Shown one piece after another: positions 9,151-18,513 of a stretch of 52,463 nucleotides of DNA (position 1 is the stretch's first letter; every line of letters begins with the position of its first letter). The stretch spans positions 1 through 52,463 of the forward strand of contig CAZNRB010000001.1 in NCBI GenBank assembly GCA_964575405.1. The letters run 5' to 3'. This DNA comes from an uncultured Synergistaceae bacterium (lineage in GTDB: Bacteria; Synergistota; Synergistia; Synergistales; Dethiosulfovibrionaceae). The notes beneath the pieces are model-generated. The model did not search any database and was not told the DNA's origin. It saw nothing but the letters and a program-made list of their open reading frames with translations. The position numbers and the translations under genes are program-made.

Positions 9151-10546
9151 TATTTTAGTGTTTGCTCTTGTCTTTGTGCTGGCGACGGTCACCTCTTGTC
9201 AAGGCAAGACTATTCAAGTCGGTTTGGCCCAGGGGGTAGCGTCAGCGCAAATTTCTGGATCCAATATATCGGGAAGGAACCGGCGGGGAGCAAATTTTTC
9301 CGTGGGGGGATCGGGCAGCTTCAGCGCGAAAAATGGCTCTGTGATATTCAACGGAAAAAGCTACAGTTCGCCTGTGACACTTAGCGCCCGATCGGCACTG
9401 CAGTATGGTTCTGTCAAATATGGCGGCGCCATAGTCCTGGCGGCCACTAAGAACAGCTTGACTGTGATTAACCAAATAGAATTGGAACAATATCTTCAGG
9501 GGATCCTAAAGATGGAAATGAATCATCAGTGGCCGATGGAGGCCCTTAAGGCCCAGGCCATAATCTCTAGGACCTTTGCACTTCGTGGTTTAAACCGTCA
9601 CTCAAAGGCAGGTTATAATCTTTGTAATGCAGCCCACTGTCAGGTCTATCGCGGGCTCAACGCAAAGGATCAGCGATGTGATCAAGCAGTAGCCTCCACT
9701 AACGGTCAAGTTTTGACCTACAACGGAGAGCTTGCTCAGACTTTTTTCCATTCCTACAGCGGAGGCAGTACGGCCGACGTGAGCCACGTTTGGGGCGGAA
9801 AAATACCCTACCTGACCGTCCGTACAGAGCCCTTTGAAGTCGAATCGCCGCGAAAACTGTGGGAGACCACCTTTTCCGCTTTGGAAATAGAGTCTGCTCT
9901 GGCGAAAGAAAACATTCGCCTTGGCAAATTAAAGACACTGTCCATCGTCCAGCGTGACAGCGCTGGCCGTCCAGTAACCCTTCGTTTCGACGGAACGGCA
10001 GGGTCTGCCGAGCTGTCTAGCCACGCTTTTCGGATGGCCATAGGGGCCTCCAAGCTGGGAAGCACAGCCTTTGAGCTTAAGGGGGCCACTGCCGCCGCCT
10101 CTACGGGGACTCGCGAAGTCAGCCGGCGTAGAGGCCGCGATATAAGCTCCTTGACGGCAGAGCAGGAGCAGCAACTGGATGAACTGATGAAACAGAAAAA
10201 ATTCTCCTCCGCCGATTTGATCGATATGCTGGTCCATCCCGAGCGGAGACTCCATTACCTGCGCAGAGAAACGGGAATGCCCCCAGCTCCGCCTCCAAGC
10301 CCTTCCATGTCGGCTCCTGAGGCTGCAATTGTAGAACTTTATGGAGGAAGGCAAAACGTTACGGAGCCCCTGTCGAAGGGATCCACGGTTCAGATCAACG
10401 GCGCTGTGACCTTTCAGGGGCGAGGTTGGGGCCATGGCGTGGGGCTTTCTCAATGGGGAGCCAAAGCTATGGCAGATCATGGATGGTCCTGCGAAAAAAT
10501 ACTCCAATACTATTATCCCGGGACGGCCCTTCAGAAATGGCAGTAA
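9080..10546 (+). CDS. SpoIID/LytB-domain protein (secreted or lipoprotein amidase enhancer / lytic transglycosylase family)
   Basis: EQYLQGILKMEM, KAQAIISRTFAL, HCQVY, FHSYSGG and C-terminal GRGWGHGVGLSQWGA motifs, plus a hydrophobic signal ending VTSC. ATG 9080 overlaps ruvB by 71 nt. GTG 9158 is an alternative start. Confidence 0.8.
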   Translation: MHTATLEKRFPSAVKTNNSWNFYSILVFALVFVLATVTSCQGKTIQVGLAQGVASAQISGSNISGRNRRGANFSVGGSGSFSAKNGSVIFNGKSYSSPVTLSARSALQYGSVKYGGAIVLAATKNSLTVINQIELEQYLQGILKMEMNHQWPMEALKAQAIISRTFALRGLNRHSKAGYNLCNAAHCQVYRGLNAKDQRCDQAVASTNGQVLTYNGELAQTFFHSYSGGSTADVSHVWGGKIPYLTVRTEPFEVESPRKLWETTFSALEIESALAKENIRLGKLKTLSIVQRDSAGRPVTLRFDGTAGSAELSSHAFRMAIGASKLGSTAFELKGATAAASTGTREVSRRRGRDISSLTAEQEQQLDELMKQKKFSSADLIDMLVHPERRLHYLRRETGMPPAPPPSPSMSAPEAAIVELYGGRQNVTEPLSKGSTVQINGAVTFQGRGWGHGVGLSQWGAKAMADHGWSCEKILQYYYPGTALQKWQ

Positions 10547-10560
10547 CTCCTGAGAGGAGA

Positions 10561-11616
10561 ATGGCGGTGACGGCACCTAACTTTTTTGATATCGAAACTT
10601 ACGATTACAATTTGCCCCAGGAGCTGATTGCTCAAAGGCCGGCAATTCCCAGAGATCATTGTCGTTTAATGGGAATCAGACGAGATAATGGCTCTATCGT
10701 ACACCAGCGTTTTTACGATGTTCTGCAATGGTTCCGCCCCGGAGACCTGTTGGTTCGGAACGATACGCGGGTAATGGCTTCCCGCCTTGAGGGCGTAAAA
10801 GCCACGGGATCGGCCAAAGTTGAGATCCTCCTGCTCAAAGCTATGGACGATCAAGAACTTCACTGGGAAGCCTTAGTCAAACCTGGCCGAAAACTTCCGG
10901 AAGGAACGTCGGTGGACTTGAATTGCGGTGTGACGGTTTTGGTCGGCGCCCCTCTAAGTGACGACGGAGTAAGGGAGATCATTTTCCCCCACGGCTGTAA
11001 TGTTCGGCAGTACGCAGAGCAGGAAGGCGAAGTTCCTCTGCCTCCCTATATCAAGGATAGAACTTCGTCGCCCGAGGATTATCAGACTGTTTACTCCCGC
11101 GAAGCAAAGTCTTCTGCAGCGCCTACGGCAGGATTGCATTTTACCTGCGAGCTGTTGGATCGGCTGCGCCAACTAGGGGTTCAAATTGCCGATGTGACCC
11201 TTGAGGTCGGCCTAGGGACCTTTCGGCCCGTAAAAGTCCAGGACATCCGAGAGCACAGGATCCATAGAGAGAGCTGCCATATTTCTCAGGAAACCTACAA
11301 TGCAATCCTGAGCACCAAATCAAAAGGTGGGCGGGTTATCGCGCTGGGAACAACGGTAGTGCGCACCTTGGAAGGCGTGGCTTCCTCTCACGGTGGTTTT
11401 CGAGCTGGTTCTCTTGAGACGGGGATTTACATCTATCCTGGTTATGAATATAAGCTTGTGGACGGCCTGATCACTAATTTTCACCTCCCCAAAAGCACTT
11501 TATTGATGCTAGTCGCTGCTTTTGCTGGTTATGACCTGATAATGAAGGCCTACCAGGAGGCAATTGCCCAGAGGTACCGTTTTTTCTCCTTTGGCGACGG
11601 GATGATCATTTTGTAG
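10561..11616 (+). CDS. queA: S-adenosylmethionine:tRNA ribosyltransferase-isomerase
   Basis: FDYNLPQELIAQRPA start, LPPYI, AAPTAGLHFT and GTTVVRTLE motifs. I chose ATG 10561 with a GAGAGGAGA RBS; the track ORF extends 45 codons further upstream into spoIID. Confidence 0.93.
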   Translation: MAVTAPNFFDIETYDYNLPQELIAQRPAIPRDHCRLMGIRRDNGSIVHQRFYDVLQWFRPGDLLVRNDTRVMASRLEGVKATGSAKVEILLLKAMDDQELHWEALVKPGRKLPEGTSVDLNCGVTVLVGAPLSDDGVREIIFPHGCNVRQYAEQEGEVPLPPYIKDRTSSPEDYQTVYSREAKSSAAPTAGLHFTCELLDRLRQLGVQIADVTLEVGLGTFRPVKVQDIREHRIHRESCHISQETYNAILSTKSKGGRVIALGTTVVRTLEGVASSHGGFRAGSLETGIYIYPGYEYKLVDGLITNFHLPKSTLLMLVAAFAGYDLIMKAYQEAIAQRYRFFSFGDGMIIL

Positions 11617-11638
11617 CGGCCTAGGAAAGGAAGATTGG

Positions 11639-12637
11639 GTGAAACGCAAATCTATTGTCCTGTCAGTTTTTTTAATAGCCCTAACTGGTGGAGCACTGCT
11701 TTTATGGAGGTTAGAGCCATCGCAATGGATGGATTTTTGCGTCATGCCCTTTCGTCGCGGCGAAGTGAAAGGGGAGATACAGATCCGTCAAGGGCAGAAG
11801 CTCTTCTCTGTCGCCGAAGAGATGAAAGCCAAAGGTCTCATAGTCGACGTGAGAAATTTTTTATTTTGGCTGCGCCATAAAGGCATGGATCGCACGTTAA
11901 AGGCCGGTACTTATCGGCTTTTTTCCGGCCCCAGCTGGGATGTGGCAGAGCAGCTGAGAAATGGGACGCCTCTTTATTTCAAAGCTACCATACTGCCCGG
12001 GGCCTGGCCACAGCAACCCTTGGGTGACAAGATTTCCTCGGAAGAGCAGCTGCAGTTTCTCTCAGATGATAAAAACTTTCCTGAGCCAATGAGGGCTCTT
12101 TTGCCCCAGTCACCTTTAAGTCGAGGTGCCTTCTTGCTTCCAGATACCTATCTATTAGCAGAAGAGTCCTTACCGGAACTCATACAGGTGGCTTCTGCCG
12201 CGTGGTGGAGCCGCTTCGGTTCCCGAATTGCCGGCAGAGATTTTGCCCTGCGCACCGCGATCATTGCCTCACTGCTGCAGCGCGAAGCCTTACTCGAACG
12301 GGAGTATTCAGTAATTGCAGGTGTAGTTGAAAATCGCCTGAAAGCGAAAATGCCCCTTCAGATCGATGCCACCGTGATTTACGCGTGGCATTTGGAAGGG
12401 ACTGATTTGAACAGAGTCTATTATAGACATCTGGAAATTCAATCTCCCTACAATACCTATCTGCACCGACAATTACCGCCGGAACCGATCTGCGTTCCCT
12501 CCGCCGCTGCTTGGGAAGGGGCGTTGTCGCCGCAACAGCACGATTATCTCTATTATGTGGCACGGAGAGACGGAAGCCATTATTTCAGCCGGAGCTATGA
12601 AGAGCACCAAGAAGCGGTGCAGAGTTTTCGTAAATGA
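11639..12637 (+). CDS. mltG: Endolytic murein transglycosylase MltG (YceG-like)
   Basis: N-terminal TM anchor. YceG-like pattern EGFLLPDTY-type (GAFLLPDTY), ASLLQREA and QIDATVIYA. GTG start after an AGGAAAGGAAG RBS. Confidence 0.88.
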   Translation: MKRKSIVLSVFLIALTGGALLLWRLEPSQWMDFCVMPFRRGEVKGEIQIRQGQKLFSVAEEMKAKGLIVDVRNFLFWLRHKGMDRTLKAGTYRLFSGPSWDVAEQLRNGTPLYFKATILPGAWPQQPLGDKISSEEQLQFLSDDKNFPEPMRALLPQSPLSRGAFLLPDTYLLAEESLPELIQVASAAWWSRFGSRIAGRDFALRTAIIASLLQREALLEREYSVIAGVVENRLKAKMPLQIDATVIYAWHLEGTDLNRVYYRHLEIQSPYNTYLHRQLPPEPICVPSAAAWEGALSPQQHDYLYYVARRDGSHYFSRSYEEHQEAVQSFRK

Positions 12638-12678
12638 GCGCCTAGGATAATCAAATTCTGGAGAGGAGAAGTCTCTGT

Positions 12679-13815
12679 ATGACCCCTATTGCCCGCTGTC
12701 CTGGCTGCGGCGCAGTTTTCCAACAAGATAGACCGTCAGATCCTGGTTTTCTTCCTGCAGGCAAAGAGCCGGAGGAAGGAGTTCTATGTAAGCGTTGTTT
12801 CCAAATAACCCATTACGGCCTGTTCCGGAAAGCGCCGATTAACGACCAAGGAATTCAGGAACAGCTTAAAAAGGCCGCCTCTGTCGCGTCGGCTATATTT
12901 CTGGTGTTCGATGTCAGCCGTCCAGAAGAGTCCTACGGAGACCTGAAGATCCTGGAGGATTTTCACAAGCCCGTTTTCGTGGTGGCCAATAAAGTGGATC
13001 TTTTAGAGCCCTGGGAGAACCGACGGCAAATCCACAGCTGGATTTCAGATCAAACAGCCATAAGTCCGGAGCAAATTTTACTGGTCTCGGTCCGTAACCG
13101 CAGAGACATGGCAGAACTCCGATACCGCATCAGAGAGTCCTTTTCTCTAGAAGAGAGCTTGTTGTTCTATGGAGCAGCTAATGTGGGAAAGAGCACCCTT
13201 TTAGGGGAGTTGTTGAAAAGCAACTTGCCCACAGTGTCCCGCCTGCCGGGAACCACTGTAGGTTTGGTTAGCCATCCAATGGCCGACGGCCCTACGTTGA
13301 TCGATGCCCCCGGCCTTGGAGGCAGAGATTCTTGGCTTCCCCTGTTATGCCCTCACTGTCTGGCGGCCCTTTCACCGAAAAAAGAGCTTACGGAGACGAC
13401 CGTGATCCTAAAGGCATCTCAGATAGTGACCTTTGGCGGCTTGGCCCATATAGCAGTCCAAGAGGTGGGGGACCGAGGCTGGATCGGCTTGGGAATTTTT
13501 GCTCCAGACACGGTGTCGGTTCATCGGACTAATAGGGATCGCCTGGCTGAACTTCTCAGAGATCACTGTGGAGATCTGCTGATGCCGCCTTGCCGTTCCT
13601 GCGCAGATGCCTTGGCCTCTGTGCCACAGCGCGAAGAAATTTTCCAGGTCCACTGCGGAGATGACCTGGTGGTCCCCGGCCTCGGTTGGGTTGCTATTTA
13701 CAGCGGTTATGGTAGGCTTGTCCTCAGAGCGCCTGAATTTTTGAAGGGGGCTATCCGCCCTTGGCTGATCAGTTCCCCCAAGCAGCGAACCGGCAAGAGG
13801 CGCCCCCGAAGATGA
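12679..13815 (+). CDS. yqeH: Circularly permuted ribosome-biogenesis GTPase YqeH
   Basis: N-terminal zinc ribbon CPGCG...CKRCF. Permuted G motifs: NKVDLL comes before GAANVGKSTL, followed by PGTT. Confidence 0.8.
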   Translation: MTPIARCPGCGAVFQQDRPSDPGFLPAGKEPEEGVLCKRCFQITHYGLFRKAPINDQGIQEQLKKAASVASAIFLVFDVSRPEESYGDLKILEDFHKPVFVVANKVDLLEPWENRRQIHSWISDQTAISPEQILLVSVRNRRDMAELRYRIRESFSLEESLLFYGAANVGKSTLLGELLKSNLPTVSRLPGTTVGLVSHPMADGPTLIDAPGLGGRDSWLPLLCPHCLAALSPKKELTETTVILKASQIVTFGGLAHIAVQEVGDRGWIGLGIFAPDTVSVHRTNRDRLAELLRDHCGDLLMPPCRSCADALASVPQREEIFQVHCGDDLVVPGLGWVAIYSGYGRLVLRAPEFLKGAIRPWLISSPKQRTGKRRPRR

Positions 13816-13997
13816 TAAAAGCTCCCGATGGAACCCTGCTACCGGTAATTGAGCGGATGGGATCGGAGCTGTGGGCAAGCGGCTCCATCTCGAACCGGGT
13901 ATTTGCGAAAAGGAGGGACAGAGCCTTCCTCTAACCGATAGTCGGCCAGCGCAAGTGTATAGTATGGATTGATTATCGGAGGAACGGCAATAGAACC

Positions 13998-16900
13998 ATG
14001 AGCTTTATAAAGTCGCGGAAAATATCGCGAAAATCGAAATCGTTCCGTTCACACCATGACACCAAAGGACCTCAGGAGAAAGGAACTCTTCTTTCCCGTC
14101 TATTTCAAATTGTCATCGCCGGGGTTACTTTTTATGGGACGGCGATGTTGCTGTGGCATGGAATAGGGCCTGGCGATGGGGCTGTGGCAAACTACGTGCT
14201 GAACTTTGCCGGTGGTGCAGTACTGATCCCTTTATTTCATTTTTTCTACGGCATCCTGTGTTCCTTCTCAGGGCGAGTCCCAACAAAAATAGGTCCCCAG
14301 TGGTTAGGAACGCTGTTTCTCTACATGGCCGTCAGCCTTTTGTTCGGTATTATGGCTTTGGCCGGCTGGGGGCAGAGCATAGGCCTGCTGAGCCCTGGAT
14401 TAATCGGGAATTTGCTGATCACAGTCCTGCCCTGGGCCGTGGGAGCCCTGGGAACGCTTTTTGTAGGTTTTATCTTGTGTTTGTGCAGTGCATTACAATA
14501 TGGGCATGTCACAACAGCTGAAGTGCTGGAATGGGGACGCCGTTTTGCATCTTTCTGTCCTTTTCCGTGCAAGAGGAGGCCAAAAGAGACCTACCCGGAG
14601 AATGATCTTGACAGCGAGGAGCTAGAGGATCATCAAGAGCATCTTTATGACGAAGAGATACGCGCAGAAAAAATTGCAGAATCGAAAGAATCAGATAACG
14701 TTGAGGAGATTGCCGGTTACTGTGGGAAAAGCCGTAATTTAGAGAAAAGGTCTCTCTTTTCTGCGAAATCTTCCAGAAATAGCGAGAAAAAAAACGAAGA
14801 GCTAAAGAAAAACCCCTTAAAGGATCGTCTTTTAGAGCTTTTTGGCCGTCCCAAAGGTCGGCGCTTTGCCGATGAAATTCCCATTCAATCTTATTCGTCA
14901 AAAGAAGAGGACCAAAAGGAGGCGCCTTTGAGTTGGGAGGTTGAGCAGGAGGGCTCTTTCTCGGTAACTCAGCCAGGGCTAAACTCGGTGCACTCCGGCA
15001 CGGACAGCGATATGGGCGATTACGACGAGCCGACCTTTCTGCGAAAAAAATCTATCCCTTCGTCGATGCTTGGCCGGGAAAAAGCCTTGCCCCGCATTTT
15101 TAGATCATCTCATGGGGCCTTTGAAGCTCAAAGGCGGACTTTCTCAGGCAGCACTTCTGCTAGAATGCAGAGGTCCGCGCCGGCCGCAGAGAGATCTCCG
15201 GAACCGCCGTCCTGTGAAAAAAACACCGCTCCCCAGTCGCAAGCTGTCGGGCAGGAGGCAAAACGGGATTATAGAGCATGCCTCATGCCCGATCGGGAGA
15301 GCTTGAAGGAGCCTCGGGCCTCTTCGCAGGTTGGCGGGCAGTTTTCTGTTGTTTCGCCATCTATTGGAGATTCTGTTCGGACTCCTGAGGGAAAAGTCTT
15401 GCCGACAGGATATGGTGCTACTGCTAAGCATCTCACGTCGACCTCTCAGGAGGGACGCAGCTCAGTGAACCAGCGGCCCTCGGCTATTATTCGGGAGCTT
15501 TCCTTTCAAAAAGAGGGCTTCCAAAAGCATAGAATAGACTCTAATGTTACATCAACAGAGGCTATTCAAACTGATTCTCTTTCTGTGACTTCTGGATCGG
15601 ACTTTTCAGAGCCCATTGAGTCCTCCCATGAAAATCCTGAATCGGCGGTGTCTGTCGAAAAGTTCGGTAACGTGGAGGCACTCAAGCCCATAGAACGGGA
15701 CAGTGATACATCGCAGCCAGAGACCCACTCTCCGGAAATTAGCGATTCTAAACAGAGCGAAGGAGCTATAGCGGTGTCGAGTTCGCCGCCTCTGTTCTTC
15801 GGCGAGCGGGAAATTCCCCCCGGAAGCTTCCCTCCTCCCTTGGATTTACTGGGACCTGAAACTTTTTCAGAGTCCTTTGCGGAGGACCAGAACGCAGAAG
15901 AACGGGGCGAGGAGATGATATCATCCTTGGCTAATTTTGGTGTCTCTGCTGAATTAGCCCACACGATTACGGGCCCCACGGTTATTCAGTACCAGATCCA
16001 ACTGGCGCCTGGCACCAAGGTCAGTAAAATTTCTGCTCTTGGCAACGACATCGCCATGTCCATGGCCGTGCCTGCTGTGCGGGTTGAAGCGCCAATCCCT
16101 GGGACCACCTACGTGGGAATTGAATTGCCCAACCCCCATAGGAGAACTGTGTCCCTGCGCGCGGTTTTAGAGAGCGAGGCTTTCCAAAAGACGAACCTCA
16201 CCCTTCCGCTACCGCTGGGACAGACAGTAGATGGGCATATGCTTTTTGTGGGCCTTGAAGAATTGCCCCATCTTCTAGTTGCCGGTACCACGGGCTCCGG
16301 CAAGAGCATTTTTATTAACAATTGTATAACAGCACTCTGTTTCCACAACTCCCCGGCAGATCTTAGGTTTATCATGGTAGACCCCAAACGGGTGGAAATG
16401 GGGATTTACGAGTCCCTGCCCCATATCTTGGCCAAGCCTATCGTCACTCCGGCAAACGCGGTCCACGCCCTTGCATGGGCCGTCCGGGAGATGAACGAGC
16501 GATACGACACGTTCTCTCGAGCGAAGACGAGAAACCTAGCGTCCTACAACGCAAAGGTGTTGCCCAAGGACCGGTTGCCTAATATTGTCATTATTGTGGA
16601 TGAGCTGGCAGATCTGATGATGACCGCATCAAAGGAAGTGGAGGAGTACATTGCCAGGCTGGCCCAGATGGCTAGGGCCACAGGCATCCATTTAGTCCTT
16701 GCCACTCAGCGCCCGTCGGTAAACGTAATAACGGGGACCATAAAAGCGAACATCCCTGCCCGCGTCGCCTTTTCGCTGCCGTCACTGGCGGACTCTAGGA
16801 CAATTCTCGATATGTCAGGGGCCCAGCATCTGCTGGGCAAGGGCGACATGCTTTTTGTGAGTACCCGGCACCCCAGGCCTTTGCGGATCCAGTCGCCTTT

Positions 16901-17246
16901 TATGGATGAGCAGACCAATATTCGCGTGGTGGAATATTTAAGGGACACCTTCGGTGCCCCGGAATACGTCGATTTAGAGGAGCAAAACGGAGGATCCTCT
17001 GGTTCAGATAACCTTTATCTGGACGATCCTAAATTAGAGGAAGCAATTCAAATCGTCCTGCAAACCGGCATTGCCTCGTCAAGCCGTCTCCAAAGACAAA
17101 TGCGCATTGGCTTTACCCGCGCGGCCAGGTTGATCGACACGATGGAACAAATGGGAATTGTCGGTCCCGGTGACGGAGCAAAGCCTAGAGAGATCTATGT
17201 GGACGAGGAGGAAGCCAGTGAAATTCTCGACCGATACCGCTCCTGA
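13998..17246 (+). CDS. ftsK: DNA translocase FtsK/SpoIIIE
   Basis: N-terminal polytopic membrane domain, a long low-complexity linker and a motor domain (Walker A GTTGSGKS, Walker B IVDELADLM, ATQRPS). C-terminal gamma winged helix (SSSRLQRQMRIGFTRAARLID). Confidence 0.95.
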   Translation: MSFIKSRKISRKSKSFRSHHDTKGPQEKGTLLSRLFQIVIAGVTFYGTAMLLWHGIGPGDGAVANYVLNFAGGAVLIPLFHFFYGILCSFSGRVPTKIGPQWLGTLFLYMAVSLLFGIMALAGWGQSIGLLSPGLIGNLLITVLPWAVGALGTLFVGFILCLCSALQYGHVTTAEVLEWGRRFASFCPFPCKRRPKETYPENDLDSEELEDHQEHLYDEEIRAEKIAESKESDNVEEIAGYCGKSRNLEKRSLFSAKSSRNSEKKNEELKKNPLKDRLLELFGRPKGRRFADEIPIQSYSSKEEDQKEAPLSWEVEQEGSFSVTQPGLNSVHSGTDSDMGDYDEPTFLRKKSIPSSMLGREKALPRIFRSSHGAFEAQRRTFSGSTSARMQRSAPAAERSPEPPSCEKNTAPQSQAVGQEAKRDYRACLMPDRESLKEPRASSQVGGQFSVVSPSIGDSVRTPEGKVLPTGYGATAKHLTSTSQEGRSSVNQRPSAIIRELSFQKEGFQKHRIDSNVTSTEAIQTDSLSVTSGSDFSEPIESSHENPESAVSVEKFGNVEALKPIERDSDTSQPETHSPEISDSKQSEGAIAVSSSPPLFFGEREIPPGSFPPPLDLLGPETFSESFAEDQNAEERGEEMISSLANFGVSAELAHTITGPTVIQYQIQLAPGTKVSKISALGNDIAMSMAVPAVRVEAPIPGTTYVGIELPNPHRRTVSLRAVLESEAFQKTNLTLPLPLGQTVDGHMLFVGLEELPHLLVAGTTGSGKSIFINNCITALCFHNSPADLRFIMVDPKRVEMGIYESLPHILAKPIVTPANAVHALAWAVREMNERYDTFSRAKTRNLASYNAKVLPKDRLPNIVIIVDELADLMMTASKEVEEYIARLAQMARATGIHLVLATQRPSVNVITGTIKANIPARVAFSLPSLADSRTILDMSGAQHLLGKGDMLFVSTRHPRPLRIQSPFMDEQTNIRVVEYLRDTFGAPEYVDLEEQNGGSSGSDNLYLDDPKLEEAIQIVLQTGIASSSRLQRQMRIGFTRAARLIDTMEQMGIVGPGDGAKPREIYVDEEEASEILDRYRS

Positions 17247-17949
17247 TGAGTTTTTGCTGCCCTATCTCCGACTCCGAAGTTCCTGGAGCCGGAGTTTTTT
17301 TCACCTGCTGGCCCTAGGAGGGCGGCGTCCAGAAGGGACTTGGATGAGGACTGTGGCCAACCGTTCATCGTCCATATGGGCCGCCGACGCAGGCCTTGGG
17401 CTTTGTCTCGACGAGGTCCTGGAGCCAGAGCGTGTTTTTGGCGATTTCGATAGTCTTCCAAAGCGATACGGGCCGTGGCTGGAAAACCACCAGGAAAAGC
17501 TTTCCACTTTTCCAGTGGAAAAAGATTTGACGGACTTCCAGTTGGCGCTCCAGGCCTGCTGCAATGCTTCAGATAATTTAGTCGTCGTAACGGGCTGTTG
17601 GGGAGGGCGCTTCGATCATGCATGGTGTAACGTGATGACTCTTCGATGGGGACTAGAGCAGGGATGGAATAGTCGGATCATGGCCGATGAAAGGGAGTTT
17701 TTAGGGGTGCTGAAGAGCAGCGAGACAATGGAGCTCCATCTGGAGAAAACTCCTAAAGCTCTGTCGCTGCTGCCTCTCTGCGATCGCTGCGAAGGAGTTT
17801 CCATCGACGGTGTCCGATGGGAGCTGCAAAATGCTACCCTCTGTCAGGGCCATCCCTACAGTGTCAGCAATAAAGCAAAAGGGAGATCCTTGCGGATCTC
17901 CCTTACAAAAGGCCTTCTCGGCGTCTATCTCTGTTGGCACGAGAATTAA
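17218..17949 (+). CDS. thiN: Thiamine diphosphokinase
   Basis: GDFDS and GGRFDH motifs with a C-terminal thiamine-binding beta domain. I chose GTG 17218 (GAGGAGGA 5 nt upstream). The track ORF starts at 17158, ATG 17197 is also possible, and all three overlap the ftsK 3' end. Confidence 0.72.
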   Translation: MKFSTDTAPDEFLLPYLRLRSSWSRSFFHLLALGGRRPEGTWMRTVANRSSSIWAADAGLGLCLDEVLEPERVFGDFDSLPKRYGPWLENHQEKLSTFPVEKDLTDFQLALQACCNASDNLVVVTGCWGGRFDHAWCNVMTLRWGLEQGWNSRIMADEREFLGVLKSSETMELHLEKTPKALSLLPLCDRCEGVSIDGVRWELQNATLCQGHPYSVSNKAKGRSLRISLTKGLLGVYLCWHEN

Positions 17950-17994
17950 CGTTGAACTTCGCAAGCAGTTCGCAAGCAGACTGCAACTGTTTTT
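17950..17994 (+). terminator. Weak hairpin plus T5 in the convergent thiN/rpmB spacer
   Basis: CAGTT(17966-17970)/AACTG(17985-17989) or GCAGT/ACTGC stems, followed by TTTTT at 17990-17994. The stem is only 5 bp. Confidence 0.3.
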
Positions 17995-18193
17995 AGTAAT
18001 TGGCGGCCCGCTTCACATTCCCAGAGCGAAGGCACCGAGAGCAGATGCGAAGCTTCCGAGTCTCGCCTAAGCCGAGATCGACGCGGACAGAGAGCAGATT
18101 GATCTCCCAGCGTCTGCGAGTCTTGCGATGGGAGTGACTGATCGAGTTGCCGGTAGCGGGACCTCGGCCACAGCATGCGCAAACCTTGGACAT
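17993..18193 (-). CDS. rpmB: 50S ribosomal protein L28
   Basis: [29 protein letters not shown] matches the L28 N-terminal consensus. AAGGAGG RBS. Confidence 0.92.
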   Translation of the reverse strand: MSKVCACCGRGPATGNSISHSHRKTRRRWEINLLSVRVDLGLGETRKLRICSRCLRSGNVKRAANY

Positions 18194-18236
18194 TTATCGC
18201 AGCCTCCTTTGCGTAAAAGTTCATTACAACTTGAGT

Positions 18237-18265
18237 ATTCTAACACAGGGAGCCCTTTAGAGCAA
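18237..18265 (-). promoter_or_regulatory. Sigma-70-type promoter for rpmB
   Basis: On the minus strand: TTGCTC, 17-nt spacer, TAGAAT, with a TGT extended -10. About 45 nt upstream of the rpmB ATG. Confidence 0.55.
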
Positions 18266-18298
18266 TTTCTATCTCCAGTGAAAGAGAGGAGAATTTCG

Positions 18299-18508
18299 AT
18301 GGATTTCTCTTTGAAAATGGAACGTATAGAGAAGATTTTAAATCAGCTGGAAAAAAGCGCCTTGCCCTTGGAAGAGACCCTGGCCCTCTATGAAGAGGGC
18401 GAAAATCTCATAAAAGAATGCCGGGAATACTTGGAGCAGGCAGAACAAAAGGTTATCATACTATCGGAAAACGAAGAAGAGAAGATTTTTAGGACTTTTG
18501 AGGAGTGA
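18299..18508 (+). CDS. xseB: Exodeoxyribonuclease VII small subunit
   Basis: 69-aa helical protein with LE..L.LEETLALYEEG, typical of XseB. ATG 18299 after an AGAGAGGAGAA RBS. The track ORF start at 18128 is an upstream extension through the rpmB promoter region. Confidence 0.85.
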   Translation: MDFSLKMERIEKILNQLEKSALPLEETLALYEEGENLIKECREYLEQAEQKVIILSENEEEKIFRTFEE

Positions 18509-18513
18509 TTCCC

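Noticed and set aside
13816-13997. The 182-nt yqeH-ftsK spacer, checked for a tRNA, SRP RNA, 6S RNA or riboswitch. It contains GGTTCGAG-like and AAGGAGGG strings and a long-range hairpin AGCTCCCGAT/ATCGGAGCT.
   Set aside because: There are no cloverleaf-compatible arms, no SRP or 6S signature sequences, and no start codon after the SD-like string. It is most simply the ftsK promoter/leader region (a TATAGT-like -10 near 13958-13963).
14565-15920. A ~450-residue Ser/Glu/Pro-rich low-complexity segment in the middle of FtsK, which could have been a separate gene or an insertion.
   Set aside because: It is a single continuous frame linking the membrane domain to the motor domain. Long disordered linkers of variable length are normal in FtsK.
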